Part shown: positions 25,975 to 38,768 of the stretch, piece by piece
Position numbering within the stretch: the first letter of the stretch is position 1
How the letters are laid out: each line of letters begins with the position of its first letter
DNA from: Octopus vulgaris
Taxonomy: Eukaryota
Direction of reading: 5' to 3'
Assembly: GCA_951406725.2 (NCBI GenBank)
Contig: OX597836.1
Span: 40,920,001 to 40,984,000, forward strand
Length of the DNA: 64,000 bases
Position numbers and translations under genes: made by a program
Notes under the pieces: generated by a model
Told to the model about the DNA's origin: nothing
The model's database searches: none
Seen by the model: the letters and a program-made list of their open reading frames with translations, nothing else

Positions 25975-26007
25975 TTTATTCAAAAGCAGCAGAAAATTCA
26001 ACAAAAC

Positions 26008-26045
26008 CTGTTACTCTGAGTTTCACGTTCCCGTTCATCGGACAG
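26008..26045 (-). ncRNA. Minimal type I hammerhead-ribozyme-like motif (core CCGAUGA) in a Penelope-like terminal fragment
   Basis: CUGU-CCGAUGA-ACG(GGAA)CGU-GAA-ACUC(A)GAGU-A-ACAG: stems I, II and III all pair; AATAAA about 30 nt downstream. Confidence 0.68.
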
Positions 26046-26049
26046 TTTT

Positions 26050-26404
26050 TGCTTTACGTTCTGATTTCAAATTCCACAGAGGTCAACTTTGCCTTTCATC
26101 CTTTCGGGGTCGATAAATTAAGTATCAGTTACGCACTGGGGTCAATGTAATCGACTTAATCCGTTTGTCTGTCCTTGTTGTCCCCCTGTGTTTAGCCCCT
26201 TGTGGGTAGTAAAGAAATAGGTATTTCGTCTGTCTTTACGTTCTGAGTTCAAATTCCGCCAAGGTCGACTTTGCCTTTCATCCTTTCGGGGTCGATAAAT
26301 TAAGTACCAGTTACGCACTGGGGTTGATGTAATCGACTTAATCCGTTTGTCTGTCCTTGTTTGTCCCCTCTGTGTTTAGCCCCTTGTGGGTAGTAAAGAA
26401 ATAG
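26050..26404 (+). mobile_element. SINE family B dimer, 5'-truncated
   Basis: Two units joined at gaaata|ggtatttcg. Confidence 0.85.
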
Positions 26405-26687
26405 TGGTTCCTGCTTCCATTTACCTTTCAGCCTGGATCTGATGCTTTCTGGCTTCTACCTACCTGTTCAGTCTGATGGACAGTCTTTGTTGGCAAAGAT
26501 TTTATGGGATAGATCAGGTGAAAGTGGCTGTAAAAAAGTTGTGTACACCTGAACTTTTTATAAAAGTAAATGTTTTGTTGATGAAGGTTTTGGATTCATA
26601 ATCATTCAGTAGTGAGTTCAGTTCTCAGACTGGGCGATGTGCTGTGTCCTTAAGCAGGGCACTTCACTTCATGTTACTTCTGTTCAC

Positions 26688-26967
26688 TCTTTATATATAA
26701 AACTAAAGTTGTGTGTGTGTGAGACTCTGTCTCCTCCGATTTAGATTCCTAACTACTCCCACATTTTGCGGTGCAGTTTAACCAAAAGCAGGTATCTTAT
26801 AGTCGTGATTCATATCGATCCCTTCTCTACGATTTAAAAAAAAATTACCATTTTTCCGCATTTTTAATGCCGTTTTTGCTCGGTTTATATAAGGAAAGTA
26901 ACTCTCTAAAAATGCTCATATAGTTATTTCCCTTACAAACCCGAGCAACGCCGGGCGATACTGCTAG
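26688..26967 (+). mobile_element. Non-autonomous Helitron, family 1
   Basis: 5' TC; subterminal hairpin CCCGAGCAACGCCGGG (26940-26955); 3' CTAG followed by T; no TSD. Confidence 0.85.
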
Positions 26968-28512
26968 TAAGTTATAAAACAACAATTAGCAACTTCTGGA
27001 GAGTTAACTCTTTGACGATCAGGCTTACTGTTCAGAGGGTTGTATTAGATTGTCAGTAACCTAAACACATTGAAAATCCAGATAAGGTACACCTTTATGA
27101 GCCTTTGGGCTAGAAGGAGATTTCTTACACACTGTGCCGGTGGCACATAAAAAGCACCATCCGAACATGGCTGATGCCAGCGCCGCCTTGACTGGCTTCC
27201 ATGCCAGTGGCACGTTAAAAGCACCAACCGATCGTGGCCGATGCCAGACTCCCCTGGCACCTGTGCCGGTGTCACATAAAAAGCACCCACTACACTCGTG
27301 GAGTGGTTGGTGTTAGGAAGGGCATCCAGCTGTAGAAACACTGCCAAATCAGACTGGAGCCTGGTGCAGCTCCTGGCTTCCCAGACCCCGGTCGAACCGT
27401 CCAACCCATGCTAGCACGGAAAACAGACGTTAAACGATGATGATGATGATGATACACATCCACATACACACACACACACATACACATTCATATGCATGCA
27501 TGTATGTATGTATGTATGTATGTACAAGGCGGCAAGATGGCAGAAACGTTAGCACGCCGGGTATCTTGTCTTCTGTCTTTACGTTCTGAGTTCAAATTCT
27601 GCCGTGGTCGACTTTGCCTTTCATCCTTTCGGGGTCAATAAATTAAGTACCAGTTACACACTGGGGTCGATGTAATCGACTTAATCCCTTTGTCTGTCCT
27701 TGTTTGTCCTCTCTGTGTTTAGCCCCTTGTGGGCAATAAAAAAAAATATGTATGTGTGTATGTTTTTTTCGTGGAGTTTTATTTAAATTCTTAAGAGACT
27801 TCAAGCCAGTCACTAACAAAGCGACAGAACATTTTGAGTTAAGAGAGTTCTTGGTATTTGGAAATGTGTGGTTGAGTTGGTGTGTTGGTTGAACGATCGA
27901 TGCAACACACCCAAGTGTGTTCATCTAATCATCTAAAGAATCTTAGACGCAGAATCTTTGGAATGTCTTACGAATTTTCTCTGTGCCACTGATAGATTCA
28001 ATTTGGAGAATCTGCATTAGTTTTGCTCTTTCTTCGAAAAAAACTACTATTTTTAGTTTTGTGCGTGTGTGTGTGTGTGTGTGTGTAAATTTGTATCAAA
28101 AATCGATGGAAATTGTAGTTGTGATACCAGTGCCGGTGGCATGTAAAAGAATCATCCGAATGTGGCCGTTGCCAGCACCTCCTCAACTGGCCTCCGTGCC
28201 GGTGGCATGTAAAAAGCACCAACCAATCGTGGCCATTGCCAGCCTCCCCTGGCACCTGTGCTAGTGGCACGTAAATAGCACCAACCAATCGTGGCCGTTG
28301 CCAGCCTCCCCTGGCACCTGTGCCGGTGGTAAGTAAAAAGCACCCGATACACTCACGGAGTGGTTGGCGTTAGGAAGGGCATCCAGCTGTAGAAACACTG
28401 CCAGATCAGACTGGAGCCTGGTGCAGCCTCCTAGCTTTCCAGGCCCCGGTTGAACCGTCCAACCCATGCTAGCATGGAAAGCGGACGTTAAATGGTGATG
28501 ATGATGTGATGA

Positions 28513-28975
28513 TGTAGCCTAAAGCACCAAAGATGACATGTAAAAATGAGAATTTATAGTCAGGATACAAGAGTTGTAAGCTTCACATTAATTCACCATA
28601 AATATTCTCTTTTTCTGGACATTTGACTGAACACTCACATCTGCTGAGCAGCTGACCTCTAGAACAGTGAATGTGTTTTGTACCCTGTTCCACAGAACAA
28701 TATCAAGTCTGTTATGCTTGCACTGAATGAGATGCTGTTTTCAATGGCCTACTCCAACAGCATTCCATGTTTTTAAAGATATGACTACATGCTGGTTCTA
28801 CCATGCCTTTGATGTATATACATCAGGGCAATCCTTCTTGTGAATAACATTGTAAATAGTCTTTGCAGCTATTTCATACCTCAGGGGCAGGCAGTATCTC
28901 AGACATTTTGGGGGCAGCAGCTGCTGATGATGTGGGTGATCTCTTCCACACTGGTATAGTAGATCCAACATATGA
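28513..28975 (-). mobile_element. R4/Dong-like LINE fragment (zinc knuckle and restriction-like endonuclease)
   Basis: Broken translation: EEITHIISSC, CKHNRLDIVLW..LEVSC.AD, ENIYGELM..LYPDYKF..IFGALGY. Confidence 0.72.
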
Positions 28976-29219
28976 ATGTGTGTGTGTGTGTGTGTGTATG
29001 TGTGTGTGTGTGTGTGTGTTCTCTTTTTCTTTTTAATTTAGAGGAAGTGCAGGAGTGGCTGTGTGGTAAGTAGCTTGCTTACCAACCACATGGTTCCGGG
29101 TTCAGTCCCACTGCGTGGCACCTTGGGTAAGTGTCTTCTACTATAGCCTCGGGCCGACCAAAGCCTTGTGAGTGGATTTGGTAGATGGAAACTGAAAGAA
29201 GCCCGTTGTATATATGTAC

Positions 29220-29272
<53 letters not shown>

Positions 29273-29335
29273 CTAATGTAGGATAACATTTTTTCCATGG
29301 GTATGAGTAAGTATTTCATATATATCTCACGTATT

Positions 29336-29389
29336 TATTGCTGAAGAGGGGAAAATTCTTATGAATTAACCCCGAAATTGGGACCAATA
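29336..29389 (+). ncRNA. Degenerate hammerhead-like motif
   Basis: UAUUG-CUGAAGA-GGGG..AAUUC(UUAU)GAAUU..CCCC-GAAA-UUGGGAC-CAAUA; stems I and II intact, stem III/NUH broken. Confidence 0.55.
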
Positions 29390-29542
29390 CGGTAAGAACA
29401 GATTTTTTAGAAATTTCTATCAGTTTGTTTCGAGACGCATAAATTATAATGGTTATTGACAATTTTTTGTCTTTTTTTGGCATATTTGGCATTAGAATTT
29501 TTCTTTTGCCCTTATTTTGTAAATTATGTATATATATATATA

Positions 29543-29830
29543 TCTTTATATATAAAAATGGTGTCTCCTACGATTTAGATTCCTAACTACTCCCACATTT
29601 TGCGGTGCAGTTTAACCAAAACCGGGTATCTTATAGTCGTAATTCATATCGAGCCCTTCTGGGTATTAGCGCACGTCTACGATGAGTCTACGATTTAAAA
29701 AAAAATTTACCATCATTTTTTCCCATCTTTAATGCATTTTTTTGCTATTATATAAGGGAAGTAACTCTCTAAAAATGCTTATATAGCTATTTCCCTTACA
29801 AACCCGAGCAACACCGGGCGATACTGTTAT
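29543..29830 (+). mobile_element. Non-autonomous Helitron, family 1
   Basis: A|TC start; body near-identical to 26688-26967; hairpin present; CTAG degenerate. Confidence 0.82.
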
Positions 29831-29924
29831 ATATACACACACATATATACGACGGGCTTCTTTCAGTTTCTGTCTACCAAATCCACTCACAAGGCTTTGG
29901 TCGCCCCGAGGCTATAGTAGCAGA

Positions 29925-30082
29925 CACTTGATTTTCAAAGAGATATTTATACATGCAGGGCAGCTAGCCTCCATGATGGTACATACCTTTGCCCCTCTGA
30001 CCCGAGCAACAATATCCGGCCTGTTAAGCTTACATTTGACAGAAGTTTTGTTGGGAATATTCCACCAGCATTCCTTGAGTTG
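29925..30082 (-). mobile_element. R4/Dong-like LINE fragment (RLE domain)
   Basis: ECWWNIP..CKLNRPDIV..CTIMEASCPA.INI; same domain as 28513-28975. Confidence 0.72.
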
Positions 30083-30211
30083 GTGTTTATGTATGTATGT
30101 ATGTATGTATGTATGTACACAGGCATGCATGCGTGTATGTATATGTTTGTATGTATGTGTAGTGACACTGATCATGAATATCCCCAGAATAGTGTCAGAT
30201 GTGTAATATAT

Positions 30212-30815
30212 TTATTTCTTTACTATCCACAAGGGGCTAAACACAGAGGGGACAAACAAGGACAGACAAACGGATTAAGTCGATTACATCGACCCCAGTG
30301 CGTAACTGGTACTTAATTTATCGACCCGGAAAGGATGAAAAGCAAAGTCGACCTCGGTGGAATTTGAACTCAGAACATAGCGGCAGGTGAAATACCTATT
30401 TCTTTACTACCCACAAGGGGCTAAACACAGAGGTAACAAACAAGGACAGACAAACGGATTAAGTCGATTACATCGACCCCAGTGCATAACTGGTACTTAA
30501 TTTATCGACCCCGAAAGGATGAAAAGCAAAGTCGACCTCGGTGGGATTTGAACTCAGAACGTAGCGGCAGGCGAAATACCTATTTCTTTACTACCCACAA
30601 GGGGACTAAACACAGAGAGGACAAACAAGGACAGACAAACGGATTAAGTCGATTATATCGACTCCAGTGTGTAACTGGTACTTAATTTATCGACCTCCGA
30701 AAGGATGAAAAGCAAAGTCGACCTTGGCGGAATTTGAACTCAGAACGTAACGGCTGACGAAATACGGCTACGCATTTCGCCCGGTATGATAACGGTTCTG
30801 CCAGCTTGCCGCCTT
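30212..30815 (-). mobile_element. SINE family B trimer
   Basis: One unit with a full head plus two head-truncated units. Confidence 0.87.
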
Positions 30816-30879
30816 TCACATGTGCAATATTTAGGGAGTTGATAGATTAGATGAATACCTAAAATCCAGATAGGTTTTG

Positions 30880-31510
30880 GCTGATGTTGGTGATGGTGAT
30901 GATTGTGATAAGGAAGATGGTGCTGATAGTGATAATGATGGTGATGTTGGAACTAGTGGTAGTGATAATGATGGTAGGATGTGATAGTCGAAGTGGTGGT
31001 GGTGGTCGTAGGACATGGTAGTGATGGTAGAGAGGATGCTGGGGCTGATGATTTTCATGGTGGTAACAATAGTGACGAAAGCAGTAATGGTAGTAGTGAT
31101 GGTGATGGTAGTGAATGTGGTGTGGGTGGTGATGGTGGTGGTGATAATGGCGGTAGTAGCGGCAATGGTTGTGGTGAGGATGATGGTGGTGATGAAGGTG
31201 GTTGTGGTAGTAGTGGTGGTGGTATTGGTGATGGTGGTGGTAATTGTGGTTGTGGCAGCAATGGTTGTGGTGATGATGCTGGTGGTTGTGGTAGTAGTGG
31301 TGGTGGTGGTAGTGGTGGTGGCGGCGGCAGTGGTGATGGTGTTGTTGTTGTTGTTGGTGGTGGTGGTAGTGACAGTGACAATGGTAGTGGTATGGCTAGT
31401 GATGGTAATGGTGGCAATGTTGGCAATGACTGGTTGTCAAGGTGACAGTCATGGTACTGGAATTATGCATGGATGGTGGTAGTGATGGTATGATGACGAT
31501 TGTGGTAATG
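30880..31510. repeat. Degenerate (GGT/GAT)n low-complexity tract
   Basis: Direct reading; gives poly-G, poly-V or poly-P ORFs depending on frame. Confidence 0.9.
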
Positions 31511-31744
31511 AGCTCTTACCACTGCCACACAATGCCATTATCTCCACCCTGGATCCCTGTAATCCCCTCCTCCACCCACTACCTTTACCCCCATTCATCT
31601 CTTCCCAAACCCCAACCCCCAATCTTCACCCCCACATTCCTGTCCCTCTTGCAACTTCCTTTCTTCTAACCCCCACCATTCTTTGTATTCCTTGCCTTTG
31701 TCATTGTTCCATCCTTCACCTTGCTTTAGTTGTTGTTGTTGCTG

Positions 31745-32138
31745 TTGCTGCCTGTTTGTTTGTTTGTTTGTTTGTTGAGCATAGAGGTCTTCGTCTCCCA
31801 GAGTGGGAGAAGTCCGAAACGTGGTCCTTTGCGATTCGTAAGACCCACAGAAGAGAAAGCAAGGTCAACCCCCCCGACACCGAGAGCATCGAAGGATGGA
31901 TGAATGCGCATCCAGGCTCAGCGGTTGTGTAGGAAGTCGGGGACAAAAACCAGGAAGAAAGAGTGAGAGAAAATTGAAGTGAAAGAGTACAACAGGGGTC
32001 GCCACCCCCCCCTGCCGGAGCCTTGTGGAGCTTTAGGCATTTTTGCTCAATAAACACACACAACACCCGGTTTGGGAATAGAAACCGCGATCCTCCAACA
32101 GCGAGTCCGCTGCTCTAACCACTGGGCCATTGCGTCTC
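31745..32138 (-). mobile_element. SINE family D, tail type 2
   Basis: Same head; tail shared with 33666-34040. Confidence 0.83.
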
Positions 32139-32463
32139 CTGTTGTGGGAAGACAAGCACAGATGCAAAAGACACACACAGATACATAAACAGACACACAC
32201 ACACATATATACATATATATATACATATATATATACATATATTGTTATATTTCGGAATGGTCATATTGCCAGTTTAGCCAATAAAAACACACGCACTATA
32301 TATTTGGTGTTATTTTGCTTCTTTCAGTTTCCGTCAACCAAATCCACTCATAAGGCTTTGGTCGGCCCAAGGCTATAGCAGAAGACACTTGCCCAAGGTG
32401 CCAAGCATTGGAACTGAACCCGGATCTATGTGGTTGGTAAGTAAGCTACTTACCATATACTTA

Positions 32464-32499
<36 letters not shown>

Positions 32500-33084
32500 G
32501 TTTTCATTTTGTTTTATATATTATAAATTTATTTGTGCATCCTTCCCTGAAGATATTCTCACCTGTAGAGCTAACCAAATTAATTTAGTTAAACTAAAAA
32601 TTAAATTTGGTTAATTTTTATGTTGGAGGTGATGAATTGAAACAATTGTAGGTCTGGTCTTGTGAATGATAATAAACTTTAATTAATCACATCTCCATCT
32701 TCTCTCTTGCTTTGTACACACACACACACACACACACAAACATACACACACAAATATATATATATAACACACAGAAGAAATTCTTCTCTGCATTACTTAA
32801 GTATTTAATTAGACATATAATAAATAATGAAAAATAATATGATATTTGACTGGAATAGAAAGTTGTGTGACCTTTCTGAATATGCAAATTAGGAATATAA
32901 CAATCTTTTTATATTATGCAATTAATATATTTAAATACTATAATTAACAAAATAATTAAAATAATCATAGAAGGAATAAATGCCAAAACAAGAAGATAAA
33001 ATCTGGATCTTCAGTAATTATAACAGAAAATAATAAATAAGAGGAGAGAAATAATAACATTTAAATTAATATTATTTACATATA

Positions 33085-33472
33085 CTATTTTACTTGTTTC
33101 AGTCATTTGACTGCGGCCATGCTGGAGCACCGCCTTTAGTTGAGCAAATCAACCCCGGGACTTATTCTTTGTAAGCCCAGTACTTATTTTATCGGTCTCT
33201 TTTGCCAAACCGCTAAGTGACGGGGACGTAAACACACCAGCATCGGTTGTCAAGCAATGCTAGGGGGACAAACACAGACACACAAACACACACACATACA
33301 TACATATATAAATATATACGACAGGCTTCTTTCAGTTTCCGTCTATCAAATCCACTCACAAGGCATTGGTCGGCCCGGGGCTATAGCAGAAGACACTTGC
33401 CCAAGATGCCACGCAGTGGGACTGAACCCGGAACCATGTGGTTGGTTAGCAAGCTACTTACCACACAGTCAC
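33085..33472 (-). mobile_element. SINE family A
   Basis: Family match. Confidence 0.85.
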
Positions 33473-33665
33473 CATAAATAAGGATCTTCTACATTCAATC
33501 TGTTAGAAATAGCAATCAAACTATTCACTAATTACACCCCATCAAGAATGGACACATTGGATAGTGATAAATACACAAGGTTGAGGGAAGGAAGGTATGG
33601 TCACGTTCGCAAATCTCCTCACCCAGGACTGAGATGGGGCTAAACAACAGCAGCAACAACAGTAG

Positions 33666-34040
33666 TGGAGGCGCAATGGCCCAATGGTTAGGGCAACGGA
33701 CTCGCGGTTTCAATTCTGAGACCGGGTGCTGTGTGTGTTTATTGAACGAAAACACCTAAAGCTCCGCGAGGCTCTGGCAGGGGGGTGGTGGCGACCCCTG
33801 TTGTACTCTTTTGCTCCAACTTTCTCTCACTCTTTCTTCCTGTTTCTTGTCCCCGACTTGCTATGCAACCGCTGAGCCTGGATGCGCATTCATCCATCCG
33901 TCGATGCTCTCGGTGTCGAGGGGTTGACCTTGCTTCCTCTTCTGCGGGTCTTATGAATAGCAAAGGTCCACGTTTCGGACGTCTCCCACTAATGGGACGA
34001 AGACCGCTTTGCTCAACAGCAGCAACAACAACAACAGCAA
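33666..34040 (+). mobile_element. SINE family D, tail type 2
   Basis: GGAGGCGCAATGGCCCAATGGTTAGGGC head; (CAA)n tail. Confidence 0.83.
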
Positions 34041-34465
34041 CAGTAACAAATCTCTACATATAAAGAGAACTCCTATCCCAGCCAAAAGTGAAGCCTTTAT
34101 GTGGTTGCTCGACATACTAGAAATAGTAACTAAATTTTCCTTCAAATAATTTTCCTAGTATTTTAAGAAAGGTAGATCATATCTAAAAACAAAACGGGAA
34201 GCTTATGGAATCGTTAAGGTAACGTTGCAAATATGATCGAACCCTGAACTTGTATATAATACATATATAAGCGCGCATGTGGGCACACACATACATGTAC
34301 ATGGGCGATGTTTCAACACATAAAGGATCGATAAATTAAGTACCAGTTACGCACTGGGGTCGATGTAATCGACTAAATCCCTTTGTCTGTCCTTGTTTGT
34401 CCCCTCTGTGTTTAGCCCCTTGTGGGTAGTAAAGAAATAGATATATATATATATTTATAAAGATG

Positions 34466-34720
34466 TGGAGGCGCAATGGCCCAGTGGTTAGGGCAGCGGA
34501 CTCGCGGTCGTAGGATCGCGGTTTCGATTCCTAGACCGAGGCTCCGGCAGGGGATGGTGGCGATCCCTGCTGTATTCTTTCGCTACAACTTTCTCTCACT
34601 CTTTCTTCTGTTGGCCTGCTTGCTTAGCCAGTGGGGTGGCGTCATTTGAAGGCTAAAACAATGCGAAGCGCATTGTGACCAGCGATGTGTAACAACATCT
34701 GATCACGGTGATCATGGTGA
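34466..34720 (+). mobile_element. SINE family D, tail type 1
   Basis: Head as above; tail shared with 13098-13380. Confidence 0.83.
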
Positions 34721-34752
34721 TATATTTATAAAGAGAGAGAGAGAGAGAGACC

Positions 34753-35640
34753 CAGGCGTGACTGTGTTGCAAGAAGCTTACTTCCCAATCACATTGTTCC
34801 GGGTTCAGTCCCACTGCATGGCACCTTGGGCAAGTGTCTTCTACAAGAGCTTCGGGATGACCAAAGCTACGTGAGTGGATTTGGTAAACGGAAGCTGAAA
34901 GAAGCCCGTCGTGTGTGTGTGTGTGTGTGTCTTTGTGTCTGTTCCCCCACCACCGCTTGACAACCGGTGCTGGTGTGTTTACGTCCTCGTAAGCTAGCGG
35001 TTTGGCAAAATACACCGATAGAATAAGTACCAAGCTTAAGAAAAAATAAGTCTTGAGAGGGGGGGGGGAGGTCGATTCATTCGATTAAATAATTCTTCGA
35101 GGTGGTGCTCCAGTATGGCCATAGTCTAATGTCTGAAACAAGTAAAAGATGGAAGATATATGAGATTTTTGGTAAACATCATACTCGAAACTCTGGGTCC
35201 TCGAACCACTTTTCAATCGATTAATACACACATACGCAAACCGCAGGAGTGGCTGTGTGGTTAGTAGCTTGCTTACCAACCACATGGCTCCGGGTTCAGT
35301 CCCACTGCGTGGCACCTTGGGCAAGTGTCTTCTACTATAGCCTCGGGCCGACCAAAACCTTGTGAGTGGATTTGGTAGACGGAAACTGAAAGAAGCCTGT
35401 CGTATATATGTGTGTGTGTGTTTGTGTGTCTGTGTCTGCCCCCCACCCAACATCGCTTGACAACCGATTCTGGTGTGTTTACGTCCCCGTCACTTAGCGG
35501 TTCGGCAAAAGTGACCGATAGAATAAGTACTAGGCTTACAAAGAATTAAGTCCCGGGGTCGATTTCCTCGACTAAAAAAGGCGGTGCTCCAGCATGGCCG
35601 CAGTCAACTGACGGAAACAAGTAAAAGAGTAAAGAGAGTA
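34753..35640 (+). mobile_element. Two SINE family A copies (about 34753-35150 and 35242-35640)
   Basis: Family match; the first copy is more diverged. Confidence 0.82.
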
Positions 35641-36685
35641 AACCGAACCATCTGCCCACTAAATGAATGTGGTTGAATATTCCAGACACGTGTGTAGCCT
35701 TGACGTAATCCGAAGGCAAAAACCAGCGCGGCAACATGAGAGAAATACGATTCTTTGAAGAACAGAGACAATTATTTTCTATAAGTTTCTATCGTTTCTG
35801 TGAACCTAATTTAAGACCCAATGTTTTGCGTCGTGTTGAACCGAATCTATACTAAAAGTCACTTGCCCAAGATCGTAATGTCTTGTGATCCAACATCGCA
35901 ATTGTGAAGAGAATTTCCTCTTTAATCAACTCGCCCCTCCCTGTGACCTTGTAACTTATGTAAGAAATTCTAAATTCAAAAACGGTTTATGGTAAATTCG
36001 ATAGGAAATTATTCGCAGCTATTGTTAGACGTCTTTGCGTTGTGAGTTCAAATCTCATTGAAGTAGTTTAAAATGAAGTGCCCGTCATGTGTCGAGAAGA
36101 TCGTTGTTAATGGGTCTCCCTGATAAGAAACCTAACATTGTACCTCTGCTAATAATTATTAAGGGTGGTGGTAAACAGGCTCGGCAAGTCAGAGATATTT
36201 AATTTAATAATCCTTTATTTAAATTCCATAAAGTTGATGACAAAACATAAGTTGCTATGCTTCAGCTCTGTCTTGAATGAGCAGACCTATGATGAAAGGC
36301 CGTGACCATCACGTAGGTTTTAAAGAGTTAATTTTGACTATATTATTCAATGTGTTCCTACTTTATTTAAGAGAACAGGGTGTAATTTGAGAGATTTGGC
36401 TGCTATTTCTAGCAACCTGAGCAACGATCTGAGTTCAAATCCCGCTGAGGTCAACTTTTCTCCTTCAAGTATTAATGAAATAAAATACCAGTCAAATACT
36501 GGGGTCATTTTACATACCCGTAATATATTCTAGATATGAATGGAATTGTAATATGCCTTAGGTTACATAAAGAGCTGTCAATAATGATAATAATAATTAT
36601 GGTTTCTATAATAAAAATGATTTCAAATTTGAGTACAAGACCATCAAATTCAGGAGACAGGGTACTTCCACCCCAGTACGCAACT

Positions 36686-37310
36686 GGTATTTATTTTATC
36701 GACCAGGCTATCAATCTTGGGGAAGGGGTAAGTTGATTACATCGACCCCAGTGCTCAACTGGTACTTATTTTATCCTTTGTGTAAAATCATTCGTGAATC
36801 TGACCCCAAATCAGGTTGTATTGTCCCCTCTTTGTTCGCCCCTTGTAGATAATGAAAAAAAAAAAAAACAGGTACTTATTTTATCGACTAAGCTATCAAT
36901 CTTGGGGAAGGGGTAAGTTGATTACATCGACCCCAGTGCTCAACTGGTACTTATTTTATCCTTTGTGTAAAATCATTCGTGAATCTGACCCCAAATCAGG
37001 TTGTATTGTCCCCTCTTTGTTCGCCCCTTGTAGATAATGAAAAAAAAAAAAAAAAACAGGTACTTATTTTATCGACTAAGCTATCAATCTTGGGGAAGGG
37101 GTAAGTTGATTACATCGACCCCCAGGGCTCAATTGGTACTTATTTTATCCTTTGTGTAAAATCATTCGTGAATCTGACCCCAAATCTTTGTCCGCCCCTT
37201 CTAGATATTAAAAAAAAACAGGTACTTATTTTATCGACTAAGCTATCAATCTTGGGGAAGGGGTAAGTTGATTACATTGACCCCCAGGGCTCAATTGGTA
37301 TTTATTTCAT
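36686..37310. repeat. Tandem repeat of about 160-190 bp x 3.5 built from a family B-related SINE 3' region
   Basis: Units start at about 36686, 36871, 37059 and 37221, separated by poly-A; followed by an old SINE head on the minus strand to about 37425. Confidence 0.85.
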
Positions 37311-37611
37311 CGACCCACGAAAGGACGAAGGGCAAATATCAACCTCGGCTGAATTTCAACCCAGAACGTGTGGTAAGGGCGAAATGCTGGTGAGGATTCG
37401 CGCCCGGCGTGTTAGCGATTCTGCTGGCAACAAAAACGAACCCCTAGATAAAGAGAGGCAGAGAAAAGGGGAGAGTAATGTTCGAGGGAACAAGTGTAAA
37501 AATGATAAATATTGGCAAACATCCCTAAACAAAGGAACGGCGAGCAGAAAGAACTAAACTTCCCGGGTTTACGAATCATGTGATCTGACATGATCTTATA
37601 TTCATATCCTC

Positions 37612-37835
37612 CACAGCAGCAGCAGCGGCAGCAGTAGATGCAGCAGCAACAGCATCATCACTATCAGCAGCAATAACAGCACCAGAAGCAGCATAAAAAT
37701 CATCATCATCAATATCATCAGCATCATTAACGAGAGTGTATAGTAGCAACAGATAATTCCTCTGCTTTTTTTTTTCTCCTCCTCCTCTTCATCATAATCT
37801 TCGTCAGTAAGCAGCAGCAGCAGTAACAGCAGCAC
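37612..37835. repeat. Degenerate (CAG/CAT)n tract
   Basis: Direct reading. Confidence 0.85.
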
Positions 37836-37849
37836 ATGGTACCCGTCAT

Positions 37850-38400
37850 GCATTGCGGCTGCCAAATGTCGTTCGCCATGTTGTGAAGTGGTTGTTATTA
37901 CGAGCGTCAAATCCTTTTTTTAATCCAATGTCATCACGGTTTGTAACTCCTTTAATTTTGCATCGCCGACATTCCACCCGACATTTCACGGCCCGACCTT
38001 TCGTTTTCTCCATTGCTATTTCAGTTTTGCGGCATTGATCCGCCCTAAAAACACTCCAAAATCGGAGGAAACACCTCGAACACACAGACAAACACACAGA
38101 CACACAAAAGCTTTTTTTTTTTTTTTTTTCTCTCTCTGTGTGTGTTTTTTTTCCCCTTTTTTCTTTTCGAAGAGCGAACAAGACAGAGAGAAAAATGACT
38201 GAAAGAGTAAGAGACAGAGGCAGAGAATCCAGAAACCGAATCAAACCAAGCTAAAGAAAGCCATACAGAGCAGCAACGACGTGTCTTCTTCATCTTCTTC
38301 CCAATTATAAATTCTCCATGTCCCGCCATGTTGTTGATTTCTTCTCCCCTTTTTTCTAAACCACTTTAAATGTCGATAACAAAACTCATGTAACGGCACA
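37850..38400 (+). promoter_or_regulatory. Candidate Pumilio promoter / non-coding first exon
   Basis: TE-free, CpG-retaining stretch with two YY1-like CGCCATGTT motifs (about 37875 and 38324) and a possible donor CAT|gtaacg at 38390. The acceptor at 41338 requires an upstream exon. No transcript evidence. Confidence 0.4.
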
Positions 38401-38529
38401 GATTAGTCATTTTCGTCTGGTCTCTCTCTGTCTTTCCCCCCTTTTGTGCCATTCACATCCGTCTCTCCATTCGTGTCTCTCTCCTCGGCTCTTTTGCTAT
38501 AAAACATTACATTTACCAGGTAATTCTAA

Positions 38530-38732
38530 CCATGCTCTTGTATATATAGATGTAATATGTATGTATATATACACTCACATCTATATCATATACATACACA
38601 AAGAACATTTAATATATATAAATGTATGTATATATACACTCACATCTATATCATATATATGCACAGAATACTTAATATATATATATATATATACACTCCT
38701 ATGTCATATACATGTACAAAGAACATTTAATA

Positions 38733-38768
<36 letters not shown>

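Noticed and set aside
30981-31482. Gly-, Val- or Pro-rich proteins
   Set aside because: A trinucleotide low-complexity tract open in several frames, with no convincing splice context.
34466-34540. tRNA-Arg gene (and similar heads in families A, B and D)
   Set aside because: There is no complete cloverleaf and the sequence continues into SINE body; these are SINE heads.
37602-37910. Poly-Q or poly-L coding exon
   Set aside because: A degenerate CAG/CAT tract interrupted by stops on the plus strand, with no recognisable domain.
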